Assembly: GCF_006345805.1 (NCBI RefSeq)
Contig: NC_043006.1
Location: 18,972,001 to 19,036,000, forward strand
Reading direction: 5' to 3'
DNA from: Octopus sinensis
Taxonomy: Eukaryota
Length of the DNA stretch: 64,000 nt
Part shown: positions 50,681 through 64,000 of the stretch, one piece after another
Layout: each line of letters starts with the position of its first letter
Numbering within the stretch: the stretch's first letter is position 1
Translations under genes and position numbers: made by a program
Notes under the pieces: model-generated
What the model saw: only the letters and a program-made list of their open reading frames with translations
What the model was told of the DNA's origin: nothing
Database searches by the model: none

Positions 50681-51224
50681 ATGTGTGAGTGCTTGTGTGT
50701 ATGTGTGTGTTTGTGTGTGTGTGTGATTCATAAAAGTCAGGATGTATGAGAGGTAAATGAATCTATTTAGCCGCTTGATATCCTTAGGATTACAACCGTT
50801 TCACTGACACCTTCATGTATTAATAACTTCACTGTGGGAGAAATAATGCTTATATGTTTGAATTTATATGCATGATTGCATTATATAGTGGTGTTTCCCT
50901 GATGTTCTAGTGATCTAATGAGCTACGTTCATTTATTTCATTGACATTCTGAGTATATAATTGTATTGCAAAATGACAATTATGTATATTAATGCAAACA
51001 TATAAACATAATGAAGAATGCTACGAAACGGCTGTAATTTTAAGGATGTCAAGTGGTTAGAGAAATATATTCATCTCTCATACCTCCTGACATTTCAGTG
51101 TTTATATACCTATTCAGGGTATATAAACCGATCGGATCTTCTGCACTTAAGCTGCATGGATGCCCTGTATTGGATGACTATGTGTACTGTTAGCCGAGTC
51201 CGTAATATCTTTTATCTTTTACTT

Positions 51225-51491
51225 GTTTCAGTCATTTGACTGCATCTATGCTGGGGCACCGCCTTGAAAGGTTTTAGTCAAACTAAGTCGACCCCAGGAC
51301 TTGTTTGTTTTAATCCTAGTGCTTATACTATCAGTCTCTTTTATGGAGCCTCTAAGTTATGAGGACATAAACACACCAACACTGGTTGTCAAGCGGTGGT
51401 GGAGGACAAACACAGACACAAAAACACACACAGAGATACACATACACACACACACATACACATACATACATACATACATACATACATACAC

Positions 51492-51543
<52 letters not shown>

Positions 51544-51728
51544 CGTGTGTGTATGTATGTATGTATGACCTGCTTCGTTCAGTTTCCGTCTACCAAATCT
51601 ACTGATAAGTCTTTGGTCGGCCCGAAGCTATAGTAGAAAACACTTCCTCAAGATGCCACGCAGTGGGACTGAACCGGGAACCATGTAGTTTGGAGGTGAG
51701 CTTCTTACCACACAGCCACGCCTACGCC
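51225..51728 (-). mobile_element. SINE family A, diverged, expanded internal microsatellite
   Basis: Aligns with 10209-10623. Confidence 0.85.
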
Positions 51729-51737
51729 TATATATAC

Positions 51738-51778
<41 letters not shown>

Positions 51779-52294
51779 TATATATATATGTGTGTGTATG
51801 TACGTATGTATGTATGAATACACACATACATATGCATATCTATGTGTGTGTGTATGCGTATGTAAAGATATGAAAATCTACGTCTATGGGTGGGAGTGAA
51901 AAGAAAACAGGTCTATAAAATGCTTAGTTTGAAAAGAAGTTTGTGCAAGTTACATTTCCTATCCTTTTTATTGAAGAAGAAATACTGATGTCACATTAAC
52001 CGAGCCCTATATAAAGCCCATATTTTCCTCTTGCTTCCACAATCTTGAGCAGAAATTTTGCGCTGTGTCTAAGTAGACCTTTCCGTCCGCGTTAATACTT
52101 TTTTGCTGCTCTGATAAGACCCATGCTGTCTTATACAGCCTTTGATTTGTCGATTCCAGTATGCACAACATGTGTTATTTTCCATCACGATTGGTAACGT
52201 TTTTTCCTGAAGCCGTAATTACCCACTTTCTCTCAACAGCGTACAGTCAAATGGATATTATATTATGTCGTTAATCCAGGTTATCTCTTTACTC

Positions 52295-52710
52295 TTACTC
52301 TTTACTCTTTTACTTGTTTCAGTCATTTGACTGCGGCCATGCTGGAGCACCGCCTTTAGTCGAGCAAATCGACCCCGGGACTTATTCTTTGTAAGCCCAG
52401 TACTTATTCTTTCGGTCTCTTTTGCCTAACCGCTAAGTGACGGGGACGTAAACACACCAGCATCGGTTGTCAAGCAATGCTAGGGGGACAAACACAAACA
52501 CCGACACACAAACATATACACACACACTTATATATATATATATACATATATACGACGGGCGTCTTTCAGTTTCCGTCTACCAAATCCACTCACAAGGCAT
52601 TGGTCGGCCCGGGGCTATAGCAGCAGACACTTGCCCAAGATGCCACGCAGTGGGACTGAACCCGGAACCATGTGGTTGGTTAGCAAGCTACTTACCACAC
52701 AGCCACTCCT
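52295..52710 (-). mobile_element. SINE family A, full length
   Basis: Aligns with 10209-10623. Confidence 0.9.
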
Positions 52711-53092
52711 GCTGTTGATTCTTTTTTTTTGTTCGTCCTGGTAGTCGTTCATCTTGGATGTTATCTCAGGAAGTCCATATATTGTTTCTGTAAGCAGAGC
52801 AATGTCATCTCAAAATTCACCCCACCAAGAATCTCTGGCTTTTCGTTTAACCTTCGCCTGAGTCAAGTACTGATTCAACTAGTTCCATACTTCACAAAAT
52901 CAATTGCTTCGGGAGATAAAGCGATGTGCATGTGTGTACCACTCTCTTTCTCACACTTTCTCTCTCTCTCTCAATCTTGATGTATGTATACACACAAACA
53001 TACATACCTATATACATATATTCATGCATATACAAATTTGCGGTGCGCACATATACATGCATGTACATGTAAATACACACCATACACAAACA

Positions 53093-53127
<35 letters not shown>

Positions 53128-53179
53128 ATATATATATTATGGAAGATGTAGTTGGATAAGTAACAGACAACGACGCCAG

Positions 53180-53535
<356 letters not shown>

Positions 53536-54059
53536 GTATTGTTCATTTGTCGATAGATTCACAAAAATAAATCATTGATTCATTTGAAAGTCATTAATAT
53601 TTTATATGCAATATCAAAATTGCTTTTACAAGAAAGAGTGTGAGAGTTTGCAAAGTTACTTCTAAACTATTCCTTCTTGATTCACATATACACTCACTCA
53701 AACGGCCCTCTGCACATACATAAAACATAGAAATATGCATACATACCTAAACATAGAAACTCACACGCAAGCGCACATTAAAAAACATAAATATCTACTT
53801 GCAATTATATGTTACTGCCTAAATAATACTTCAGATAGTAGGTATATTTCGGAAAGTATTTTGCAATATAAAATATTTATGAATACTTGCCAAGTGGAAT
53901 ATCTGAGACGGTACATTAAAGATGAGGGCATTCGGTAAAACTGTTTAAACAAAATCGTTAGGTACTTATTCAGGTATCTCTCCATTCGTGTTTTCTGTTA
54001 TTGTTTTGATAATATATGTACGTTTGCACACAAGTATATGTAGCCGTGTATGTATAGGG

Positions 54060-54100
<41 letters not shown>

Positions 54101-54292
54101 AATATATGTCTATGTGTGTGTGTGTGTGTGTGTGCATGTCGATACATGTGGGAATGTTGCTAAATATATAACATACGTATATCAACACACACACATACTT
54201 GTACACACACATACTTGTATATGTATACATACATACCTAAACATATATATATAGAGAGAGAGACATAGATACACGCGCACGCGTCTGTGTGT

Positions 54293-54336
<44 letters not shown>

Positions 54337-54648
54337 GCATGTACATGTGAAAACATATTCTGTGCTTGAATTAACGACAAAATATATTTATTTGTTGCAT
54401 ACCTTAATCTTAAATTAACATTAACAAAGAACTTCACTCTTTTTTTTCTTCTCCCACGTCCTTCCATAATTTAAATTTCTATTTTAGAAATTTACCATTA
54501 ATATATTCAACAAATCGAGTTTTTGGTCTATTCAAGCTGCTAATTTATTGCTAATAGAGATATTATGCGTGTGCATATATAGTACATTTATATATGTGGA
54601 TATCTGTATATTGGTGACGTGTATACATACATCCATATAAATACTTAC

Positions 54649-54747
54649 CTTTAATAATTTACTGGATGCGCACATCCTGGCAGTTTCGAGCATGAAGGCC
54701 TGATTGCTTTTGCTATTTGTCATCAGAGAATACCTCCTCTCTTTAGA
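54649..54747 (-). CDS. Candidate 99-nt phase 0-0 exon (SKERRYSLMTNSKSNQAFMLETARMCASSKLLK)
   Basis: Consensus donor AAG|GTAAGT; moderate acceptor ttacccatag; open frame. Confidence 0.25.
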
Positions 54748-55873
54748 CTATGGGTAATTATAGCACATGAACTTTGCCGATGTAAGGGAAGTTTGGGGTA
54801 TCGTAGTATTTTGACCTCTGCGTATCCTCAGACAAACCTACCCCGCTGGACTATAAATACATAAGTACTTACGTACATACATAATTGGATGCGTATATAC
54901 GTATCTGTGTGTGTATGTTTTCTTCCCCTCTTTTTAATCTAGATTTAATTTTTAACGATCAATTTCTTGGTAACAAGGTTTTGAAATAAAACATCCTCGC
55001 ATACTCATCATTCTTCAAACCACAAGAAGTTGTGTGAGATTTTTATTGTCCCAGATATCATGGTTATTTGTAGTGTATGGATTATGGAGTTGTAGTCCCT
55101 CCCTGAAGAAACCAAGTTTAGCCTAACTTTGCGGCATGCTGTTTGGTACATCCTCAGTTGCTCAGATTTTAATAGTTATGAAAGTGAAAGTGTGTTTTGG
55201 GTAATGAATTTGCACACTCGCTCCTTTTCTCCTGTATTTTTCTTATTACGTTCGTGTCCAGAGAGCAGCTGATTTCCACAACAGAGCATATTTTTTCTAG
55301 TGGTATCTAACAACAATATTTAGCCGAATTCCAGCTTCATAGGTGTTTAAATTTTTGAGCTCTACTCATATTCATTTAGATACATCGGTCTCAATATAGT
55401 CAAATTTATCTGCAAATATTTTAATTTTTCATATTCTCTTCCAGATTGTTCTTGCCATCGCATCATGTTACATTAAAGGATAATTGCTAGAAAGCATTCT
55501 GTCTCGGTTGTCAATAATTGGTTGATGCCTTCAATTTTGGTTACGCACAACCTATATTTGGTGTCTTTCAACGTTTTCTGATTTGTATGTTGCAGGTAAT
55601 TGTGAGTGGATTTAGTAGACGGAAACTGAAAGAAGCCCGTTGTATGTATATATATATATATATTTAAGTAGTTGAGTGAATTATCCTAGTATGAATAATT
55701 CGGTTAACCGATACCCGGGTAGCAAATTTACGTCAGAAAACACGGTTGAAGCTACATGCCAAGGGCAGAAATCACGTGCTTTCGTGTGGAAATTTGTGTT
55801 TTTTTTACTATAAATACATGAAAGAATGTCGAAATAAGAATTTTGTTAAATCGTCGTTCGACTCCATTCTTTC

Positions 55874-55930
<57 letters not shown>

Positions 55931-55938
<8 letters not shown>

Positions 55939-56510
55939 CAAGAATATTTATCGAAAAAAATTTTTGTTACCAGTGGTCTATCGAGAAGAAAAAATTTAGT
56001 CAATAGACTATACATTATTCAAAGAAGAATACATTGTACGTTCAAATACAAAAGAGATACCCAAAGAAATGGGATATCTGACTCACTAGAAAGAGCAGTT
56101 AAACTCCAAGCCACTAATTGTTGTAATTCTCAAAATGAATGAAAAATAAAAACCTTTACCCTTATTGTCCTAGACCATGCATAGTTTCTGCAGATTTAAA
56201 TAGACTGAAATAAATTAATTCCAATCTATATCTGGCGCTGCTTCTTCAGTAGGGTGCCAAGGATCGAACACATGGATACGGGGCGATAAATAACCCGCCA
56301 CGTGTCTATAAGTTATAATTTTTCAAATCCACCGCGCAAATGCGGAACTAACCGGCAGTAAATAAATTGCCGATTTCCTTCCAAAATTAGCCAAAAACAT
56401 TTTACCATTAAAATTCTAGGGTAGCAAGAATATGTCTCGAAAAAATTCTTTGTTACCAGTGGTCTAGCGAGAAGGAAAAAAATTAGTCAATAGACAATAC
56501 ATTATTCAGA
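55931..56510 (-). mobile_element. PLE-derived element (6600/9561 family) with a terminal direct repeat
   Basis: 55931-56021 is repeated at 56418-56508; hammerhead inside; starts in (TA)n. Confidence 0.65.
56169..56253 (-). ncRNA. Type-I hammerhead ribozyme with extended stem II
   Basis: CCTA-CTGAAGA-a GCAG...ATAGATTG/CAGTCTAT...CTGC a-GAAA-CT ATGCAT GG-TC-TAGG; near-palindrome ACTATGCATGGT. Confidence 0.8.
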
Positions 56511-56718
56511 GGGTTATTTCTAGATCCCGGATTTATTTCGCCACTGTATTTACTGCGGCGATATTTTGACCATATCTCACATGGAATTAAATAGCGAGCA
56601 TTTTGAACTGGCCATGATGCATACGTGCTATACGTATATGTAGCTATACGTTCGCATATGTGAGTTTTCGTATGTTGTATTTATATATATATGCATTTAA
56701 GTTTCTCTTCTGTGTATA

Positions 56719-56775
56719 TTCTACTGACGAGGCAAAGCATTCCTAAATGCAAAGCCAGAAATCCGGGATCTAAAA
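56719..56775 (+). ncRNA. Type-I hammerhead ribozyme
   Basis: TTCTA-CTGACGA-GGC aaa GCATT ccta AATGC aaa GCC a-GAAA-TCC g GGA-TC-TAAAA. The inverted partial copy at 56517-56534 reads TAGAA, restoring stem I. Confidence 0.7.
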
Positions 56776-56986
56776 TTATCCAGTAATTTTTTACTTGTTT
56801 CATCTTGTCTCTTTGTTTTCTCTCCGTGTTGATATATGGACTATTAAGGTGGTTTTAGAGTCAGATCATGGCTGCTATTTTCAGCATGGTGGTATCTCGT
56901 AGATACCCTAATTTATAATTACACACACACACACACACACCACACACAAACACACACACACACATTATAATATATATATATATATC

Positions 56987-57250
56987 ATCATCATCATCAT
57001 CATCGTTTAGCGTCCGTTTTCCATGCTAGCATGGGTTGGGACGGTTCTACTGGGTCTGTGAAGCAGAAGGCTTCATCAGGCCCAGTCAAATCTGGCAGTG
57101 TTTCTACGGCTGGATGCCCTTCCTAACGCCAACCACTCCGAGAGTGTAGTGGGTGCTTTTTACGTGCCACCCGCACAGGTGCCAGACAGAGCTGGCAAAC
57201 GGCCACGAACGGATGGTGCTTTTTATGTGCCACCGGCACGAGGGCCTACA
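56987..57250 (-). mobile_element. SINE or non-autonomous retroposon with RTE-type 3' end and (GAT)n tail
   Basis: (CAT)n-CGTTTAGCGTCCGTTTTCCATGCTAGCATGGGTTGG...TTTCTACGGCTGGATGCCCTTCCTAACGCCAACC. Confidence 0.65.
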
Positions 57251-57254
57251 CACA

Positions 57255-57299
<45 letters not shown>

Positions 57300-57314
57300 T
57301 ATGTACATATGCAC

Positions 57315-58560
57315 ATATGAGGTGGTGTCAAAATTTTCCCAGACGAGTTCTGTAGCGTGACAGCAGATGGCAACACAGATTGCATGCTTGATGAGAGGTA
57401 GTATTCACCTTCACGAAGCGGTGTGCCGAGTGACAATGCTGTGTTTATTTCGCAAGTTGAGAAATTTGCGTTTTTGTGATTACGTTCACGCTGAATTCTG
57501 CGATATTGTAATGGACAGGAATTTCGAATAAAGAACCGGCGTGAATTTTTTTGCTTTAAACTTGGGATATCTGCAAGAAAAACATTGAGTATGCTTCGGC
57601 AAACTTACGACCACGAAGAGCAATAGCTCGGAAGCGATGTTTCGAGTGACACAGGTACTTCAAAAGCGGAAGAATGTTCTTTGATGACGATGAGCGATCT
57701 GGAAGACGTGCCACGAGCGTCGCCCCCGAAAACGTAGAGAAAATTTATCACCTTGTGTATGAGGATCGCCGGAAGAAAATAAACGACATTGCTGATGTTG
57801 TTGGTCTGTCATATGGGGTCGTGCAGGCATTCCTAATGTTTGAACTGAACATTCGGCGTGTCTCTGCCAAGCTTGTCATCCACATGCTGAGCATTGGCCA
57901 GAAATCGCGTCGAAATCTGTCAAAATCTCTGTCAGAATGCTGCTGATGACTCTTTCTTCATGTCTACTAGTAAGACCCTAAGACGAGGTAGCAGTTGTCA
58001 CAATGGAAGAGCCCTTCATCTCCATGACCTAAGAATGCACAACGGAGTCGCAGCTCAATCAAGAGCATACTCACCGTTTTATTCAACATCAACGGTATTA
58101 TGCATCGAGAACTGATCCCGCAGGGTCAGACCGTCAGTCGAGAGTTTTACTGTGAATTTTCGAAGCGTTTGAAGGAGGTCATTCAGCAAAAGCGACAGGA
58201 TCTCTGGAGCGCGAAAAATTAGATTCTTCGCAACACAAATGCATCCTGTCCCCGAGCTCTCAACACTCACCAAAATCCTTTTATCGTTTCCGCACCCACC
58301 CTATTCGCCAAATTAAGCACCTGCGGACTTCCATCTCATCTCCAAGATGAAAATGCAGCTCAAAGGCCAACGTTTTAACAACTGTCGTTGAGATTTTCTG
58401 AGTGCATCACGGAAGGCACTCGATTCGCTTACGGAAAACGACTTTCAGGCTGGATTCCAAAAGTAGCAGGAACGCTGGACATCGGTGTATTGCTGCACAT
58501 GGTAACTATTTCGAAGGAGATAATGATAAAACTTAGGAAATAAATTAATTTATATTATAA
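57315..58560 (+). mobile_element. Near full-length decayed mariner (DD34D-type)
   Basis: FFDDDERSGR..., RRVSAKLV, VFFNINGIMHRELIPQGQTV, HPPYSP..APADFHL; many frameshifts. Confidence 0.85.
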
Positions 58561-58598
58561 ACATAACTAGGCTGGAAACGTTTTGATACCAAAGTCGA

Positions 58599-58657
<59 letters not shown>

Positions 58658-58667
58658 TATATATATA

Positions 58668-58699
<32 letters not shown>

Positions 58700-58766
58700 A
58701 ATATATATAATATATATATATATATATTATATATAAATTCACATATGCGTATCTGCCTGCGTATAT

Positions 58767-58798
<32 letters not shown>

Positions 58799-58949
58799 CA
58801 GTTTGAGGTGTTGTGAACAGTCACGTTGTTAGAGAAGATTAACTTTAAGGATGTAATTGAGAAAATTTTAGCTGACATGGGCGACAGCAAACCATCTGAA
58901 TATTGGAAAAGATTTAACTCATTTTGATGAGTTATGCTTGGTATAAAAC

Positions 58950-59600
58950 CTTCGCTTTCATGGCTGCTGTCATTGCTCTGTGAGTGTTATAATCACTATA
59001 AGACGTGATATGAACAACTGGAATAGAGACTACCAGCAAGAAGAGAGACAGCAGGAGTTCTGATTGTATCAAAATGCTATCTTCGAACAGGAACTTAAGC
59101 TCAGTTCATACGGCAACGTCAAGGTGGTGGAGGCCTTGGATGGAAACGGTTGAGGTTGGCAGAACATCAGGATTCGGTGTCATCAGGATTCGGTACCTTA
59201 TCAGCAACTCCAAGAAGAGTCAAAAGTGTTTGTCGGATGATTTCTACGACTTCTCCAGCCTCAAATTCCAGCCTCCTAATTCTCCTACTTTTTATTACAT
59301 AGATTACTATGTGCGGAGCGCCTTGTCCTTAACTTCTGAATCTTGGCCACCAGCATTGCCAAGGCGGAGCTGGCAGTCAAGAACAAAGATCTTCTCAGCA
59401 CAATAGTGAGGAAAACATGCACCAAATTCCAGAGCAACAATGAGGCTGTGGTGGACGCTGAAGGCGGTTACATTTCGTAAAATTTATTTCCTACCCATAA
59501 TCTAATTCATGAATTTTAATGTTTTAAAATATGTTTAATTTTTGATAGTAAGTTGCGTTTTCCTTTCCTTTTACGCAAACTCGCAAATTTAACCCAAACA
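58950..59600 (+). mobile_element. Second maT/DD37D transposase remnant
   Basis: RPWMETVEVGR...SKKSQKCLSDDFYDFSSLKFQPPNSP...IDYYV parallels the 2129-2822 element. Confidence 0.65.
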
Positions 59601-59796
59601 TAACGTATGCATAAGCCTACATGTGGCTCTGTGGTAGGAACTTTCTTACAACTATATGATTTCATGTTGAGGCCAATTGCATTGTACCTTGGACAAGTAT
59701 CCCCTAACATAGCTTCAGGTCGACTTAAGATTTGAGAATGGATCTGGAAAACGGAAAATGAGTGACACACAGACATATATATGTACGTGGTGTATG

Positions 59797-59827
<31 letters not shown>

Positions 59828-60142
59828 GTGTGTGTGTGTGTGCGTGTTTCTGTGTTTTGCCCGTATGTATATTGCAATTATATAGCTGTGGTGCCCCCAG
59901 CATGGCCGCGGCCTTCGGGCTGAATCATTTTTAAGGATTTAAGGATATATATATATATATAATATATATATATATATTATATATATTGTATTATATATAT
60001 ATCAAAAGAAGATAGGATGCAAAGGACTTAGCGTACATATGTTAGGAGAGAAATTGGTGTTAATCCTTTGTATCGTCATTTTTTGCGTCCTGTTTTTTCT
60101 TTTGATAAATATACCCTATCACCTACACCACTAACTGCATTG

Positions 60143-60462
60143 AGGGCGCGTGGCTTAGTGGTTAGGGCATTCGGCTCATGATCGTAAGGTTGTGAGTTCG
60201 ATTCCCGGCGACGCGGTGTGTCCTTGAGCAAGACACTTTATTTCACGTTGCTCCATCCACACTCAGCTGGCAAAAATGAGTTGTACTTGTATTTCAAAGG
60301 GTCAGCCTTGTCACTCTCTGTGTCACGCTGATTATCCCCGAGAACTACGTTAAGGGTACACGTGTCTGTGGAATGCTCAGCCATTTGCACGTTAATTTCA
60401 CGAGCAAGCTGTTCCGTTGATCGTATCAGCTGGGACCCTCGTCGTCGTAACCGGCGGAGTCT
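60143..60462 (+). mobile_element. tRNA-derived SINE family C
   Basis: A box TGGCTTAGTGG, B box GAGTTCGATTCC, then a GTGTCCTTGAGCAAGACACTT core-like domain. Confidence 0.85.
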
Positions 60463-60644
60463 TTTGAACTGGCATATACAGGTGCTTACAGTTATCAAGT
60501 ATTCACCCTGAATTTTTGTATTATATATATATATATATAGAACATATCCGGGTGTGAAAGTTTATAAAAATGTGAGGAACTACATACAGTTTAGATGAAT
60601 ATATACGTAGAGTATATATGTATATTATATATTTTTTTACTACC

Positions 60645-60862
60645 CACAAGGGGCTAAACATAGAAAGGACAAACAAGGACAGACAAACGGATTAAGTCGA
60701 TTACATCGACCCCAGTGCGTAACTGGTACTTTATTTATCGACCCCGAAAGGATGAAAGGCAAAGTTGACCTCGGCGGAGTTTGAACTCAAAACGTAGGGG
60801 CAGACGAAATACGGCTACGCATTTCGCCCGGCGTACTAACGTTTCTGCCAGCTCGCCGCCTT
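60645..60862 (-). mobile_element. SINE family B, full length
   Basis: Reverse complement of 42570-42802. Confidence 0.9.
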
Positions 60863-61217
60863 ATATACGTATGTTATAGATAGGTTTATACGGCACAGGC
60901 ATATATATCAGCGGAAATGTACCATGCAGATTCTCACATTAGCATAACTATTGAAACTTATATGCATGCTGGTATTGCATGTATGATTAAGCGTACGCGC
61001 ACCCACACACACATATATATATATATATTCTAAATGTTTGATAGGGTAAATGTGTGTTTCTACTAGTAGTTCACAAATAACATACGTGTAATTGTAGTAG
61101 TTGAAGCATACGCCTGGCAGCCGTAGGTGGTCGACGTGCTCTGCAGGCTCACTACAAGTGACCTACGCGAAATACTTTAAAGTTACCTAACTTTTAATTT
61201 ATTTATTTAATTTTGAA

Positions 61218-61251
<34 letters not shown>

Positions 61252-61283
61252 ACGATCCCTATTGATCAATTTTTTTTTCCTCT

Positions 61284-61314
<31 letters not shown>

Positions 61315-61462
61315 CCCCCTTTTTTTTGTCCTCTTTCTCTCCTTTTACGATCCCTTTGATCGAAACTCCCCTTCCTTTTTTTTTTTTTTAACCTTCAAAA
61401 GAAAAGCTCTACCTTGTAATTTGTTCTATCTGTGTGCAGCCCTGGGTGCTAATAAAGAAACA

Positions 61463-61531
<69 letters not shown>

Positions 61532-61580
61532 CTGTATGTATGCATGTATTATGTATGTATGTATGTATGTATGTATGTAT

Positions 61581-61978
61581 GGAGGAGTGGCTGTGTGGTA
61601 AGTAGCTGGTTTACCAACCACATGGTTCCGGGTTCAGTCCCACGAGTGGCATCTTGGGCAAGTGTCTTCTACTATAGCTCGGGGCCGACCAAAGCCTGTG
61701 AGAGTGGATTGGGTAGACGGAAACTGAAAAGAAGCCCGTCGTATATATGTATATTATATATATATATATATGAGGTGTGTGTTTGTGTGTCTGTGTTTGC
61801 CCCCCCCCTAGCATTGCTTGACAACCAGTGCTGGTGTGTTTATGTCCCCGTTACTTAGCGGTTCGGCAAAAGAAACCGATAGAATAAGTACTGGGCTTAC
61901 AAAAAGAATAAGTCCCGGGGTCGAGTTGCATGGCCGCAGTCAAATGACGGAAACAAGTAAAAGAGTAAAAAGAGAGAG
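61581..61978 (+). mobile_element. SINE family A with a small 3' deletion
   Basis: Aligns with 10209-10623. Confidence 0.9.
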
Positions 61979-62118
61979 TATGTATGTATGTATGTATGTA
62001 TGTATGTATGCATTCATGCATGTATGTATGTATGTATGTATGTATCTATCTATCTATCTATCAATATATCTATCTGTATATATATAAAACAAAATGGGAT
62101 AAGAACGCAAAACATCCA

Positions 62119-62175
<57 letters not shown>

Positions 62176-62552
62176 CATTTTATGCAGTCTAGTCATTATA
62201 TATATATAAACATTTATACATATAAACATTTAATTACAGTGTAGTCCGAACTATCATCATCATCAATGATTCATAACCTCAGGCGATATAACATTAGTGG
62301 ATGAGCCACAGGGGCATGTTTTACATTTTTTACTATGCACACACACACGCACACACACACACAAATACAAACACATACACACACACACACAAAATGAATA
62401 AGTAAATATATATCACTAATACTATTATGGAATAGAACGAAGAAAATTAATAACGTGTAACAGACTATGTCAATTGTAGAGTAGTATTTTCAAGATATTC
62501 AATAGCAACTATTGAATAAATATCAGAGCAAAAGAGCGGTTTCGTTACTTAC

Positions 62553-62685
62553 CAATATTATTACACTGTGGCTCTTTAATACATATTTAGTCTTGTTTGT
62601 ATGTTTTAGGTCAGATTTATAAATGTTCTTTGAATACCTTTTGAAATTAAGCGAGAACCAGTGTGGCATATATGGCAATAGTATT
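62553..62685 (-). CDS. Candidate 133-nt exon (ILLPYMPHWFSLNFKRYSKNIYKSDLKHTNKTKYVLKSHSVIIL)
   Basis: Donor TTG|GTAAGT; 44 open codons back to a tatag acceptor; weak pyrimidine tract. Confidence 0.2.
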
Positions 62686-62952
62686 CTATACATAGATTAA
62701 ACGTGTTACGATTCAATAAGAGCGAAATAGAAAATGGCTTACTAGTATTCACCAAAACTTCATGTAGGCACACACATACACATACATACACACACACACA
62801 CACACACATACACACGCACGCAATGTGTAAATGTGTGTGTATGTGTGTGCGTCCGTCTGTGTGTGTGTGTTGTGTGCTTCGGTGAAAATTATTGTGACCA
62901 AATTCATGGGGAGTATTCAGGAACCGTGGTGCGGAAGTAACCGCAAATAATG

Positions 62953-62987
<35 letters not shown>

Positions 62988-63122
62988 TGAGTCTCAGTTA
63001 ATTACATATTCACACAAACATATCGGCACACCCACTTCTCTATATGTACGTTTATATATACACACATACACACATACATATATATGTACATACACACAGG
63101 TGTTTATACACATATGCGTATG

Positions 63123-63164
<42 letters not shown>

Positions 63165-63272
63165 TACACTCGCATTTTCGTATAGATTGCACGCATGGGA
63201 GTTTGTATGAGTGCATGCATGCGTGTGTGTATGTGCGTGCGGGCTTACATGTGTGTGTTTGTGTGTGTGTTT

Positions 63273-63350
<78 letters not shown>

Positions 63351-63965
63351 TGTGCGCGCGCGCCTCTGTGAGTAACACTTTACACGATTTGGCTTTTATT
63401 CAGTATCGATAAACCATAAAAATAAATGAGAGAAGCAAATGTCGAAGGTGTATGTTACTTCCACAAATGCAATCAGTTTTGATCTTGACGATGGCAATGT
63501 TGGATTTTCTTTGATGTTATGCCAGCTTCCAAAGCCAAACTGAAACAAGAATTTGATTTCCATTTCTCATAGTTTGCGGCTATAATTAATAATGTACAAT
63601 TATAATAAGCATATCAATATTGATTTATTTCGACTAGACAATTCAATGCATAGAGGCAAATAATTTGCCGTACTCATGCATTTGGATATGGCTCTAAAAA
63701 ATATACTTGCACCTCAATACATTCTCCGTCCCTGTTGGCGAAAACTTCATCAGTTTAGAGATAAAACCCTCATACATATTCAAAAATGCTAAAACTTCCG
63801 ATGACATTCTGATCAGAATCATCTCAGGCCTTGTGAATATAATTTGGTAAAGGAGAACTATAGTTTGGTGAATGTAGAAGACTTAGGGATGGTCAGAAAT
63901 TTGAAGTTTCAATAATTCGCCAGTTTGATAAGTTTGAATAAATTCGCTTTAGGAGATATGCAACA

Positions 63966-64000
63966 TAATTTCTTTTCCTCAACAGGCCCTGCCCTATTTA
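63966..64000 (+). other. Strong 3' splice-site-like sequence; a possible exon starts at 63986 and runs off the window
   Basis: taatttcttttcctcaacag|G. Confidence 0.3.

Noticed and set aside
52740-52870. ORF 52729..52980 and minus frame F*DDIALLTET
   Set aside because: More likely a decayed RT (ADD motif) than a gene; too short to classify.
54655-54735. Minus-strand CTGATGA...GAAA-CTG..CAG-TA
   Set aside because: Stem III forms, but stem I does not pair and stem II is poorly placed; overlaps a candidate exon.
55098-55150. CTGAAGA-ACC-AAGTT..AACTT..GCGGCATGCTGT
   Set aside because: GAAA is missing; too decayed to call.
60143-60215. tRNA-like heads with A and B boxes (also 10209, 38480, 42570)
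   Set aside because: No complete cloverleaf or acceptor stem; each continues into a SINE body present in many copies.

Overview
AT-rich, microsatellite-saturated eukaryotic DNA that is intronic or intergenic. The SINE families and repeat style suggest an octopod cephalopod (Octopus); this is inference from recognition, not a database hit. No intact protein-coding gene, rRNA, tRNA or CRISPR array can be supported, and most ORFs in the supplied track are microsatellite artefacts. The window is a mosaic of decayed mobile elements: CR1, RTE, Tx1/L1 and R4/Dong-type LINEs, a Gypsy relic, mariner (DD34D) and maT (DD37D) transposons, non-autonomous Helitrons, and three tRNA-derived SINE families. 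The main signal not shown by the ORF track is a dense set of Penelope-like element (PLE) remnants carrying about 10 type-I hammerhead ribozyme motifs, each with a palindromic stem III, folded by eye on both strands. They sit in fold-back and tandem structures embedded in (TA)n tracts. These include a ~3.7 kb near-perfect palindrome with an intact hammerhead in each arm and a retrozyme-like tandem with a 462-nt hammerhead-to-hammerhead spacing. A few isolated exon-like segments may belong to a host gene but are low confidence. Repeat boundaries are approximate (tens of bp); ribozyme, Helitron and exon coordinates were counted by hand.
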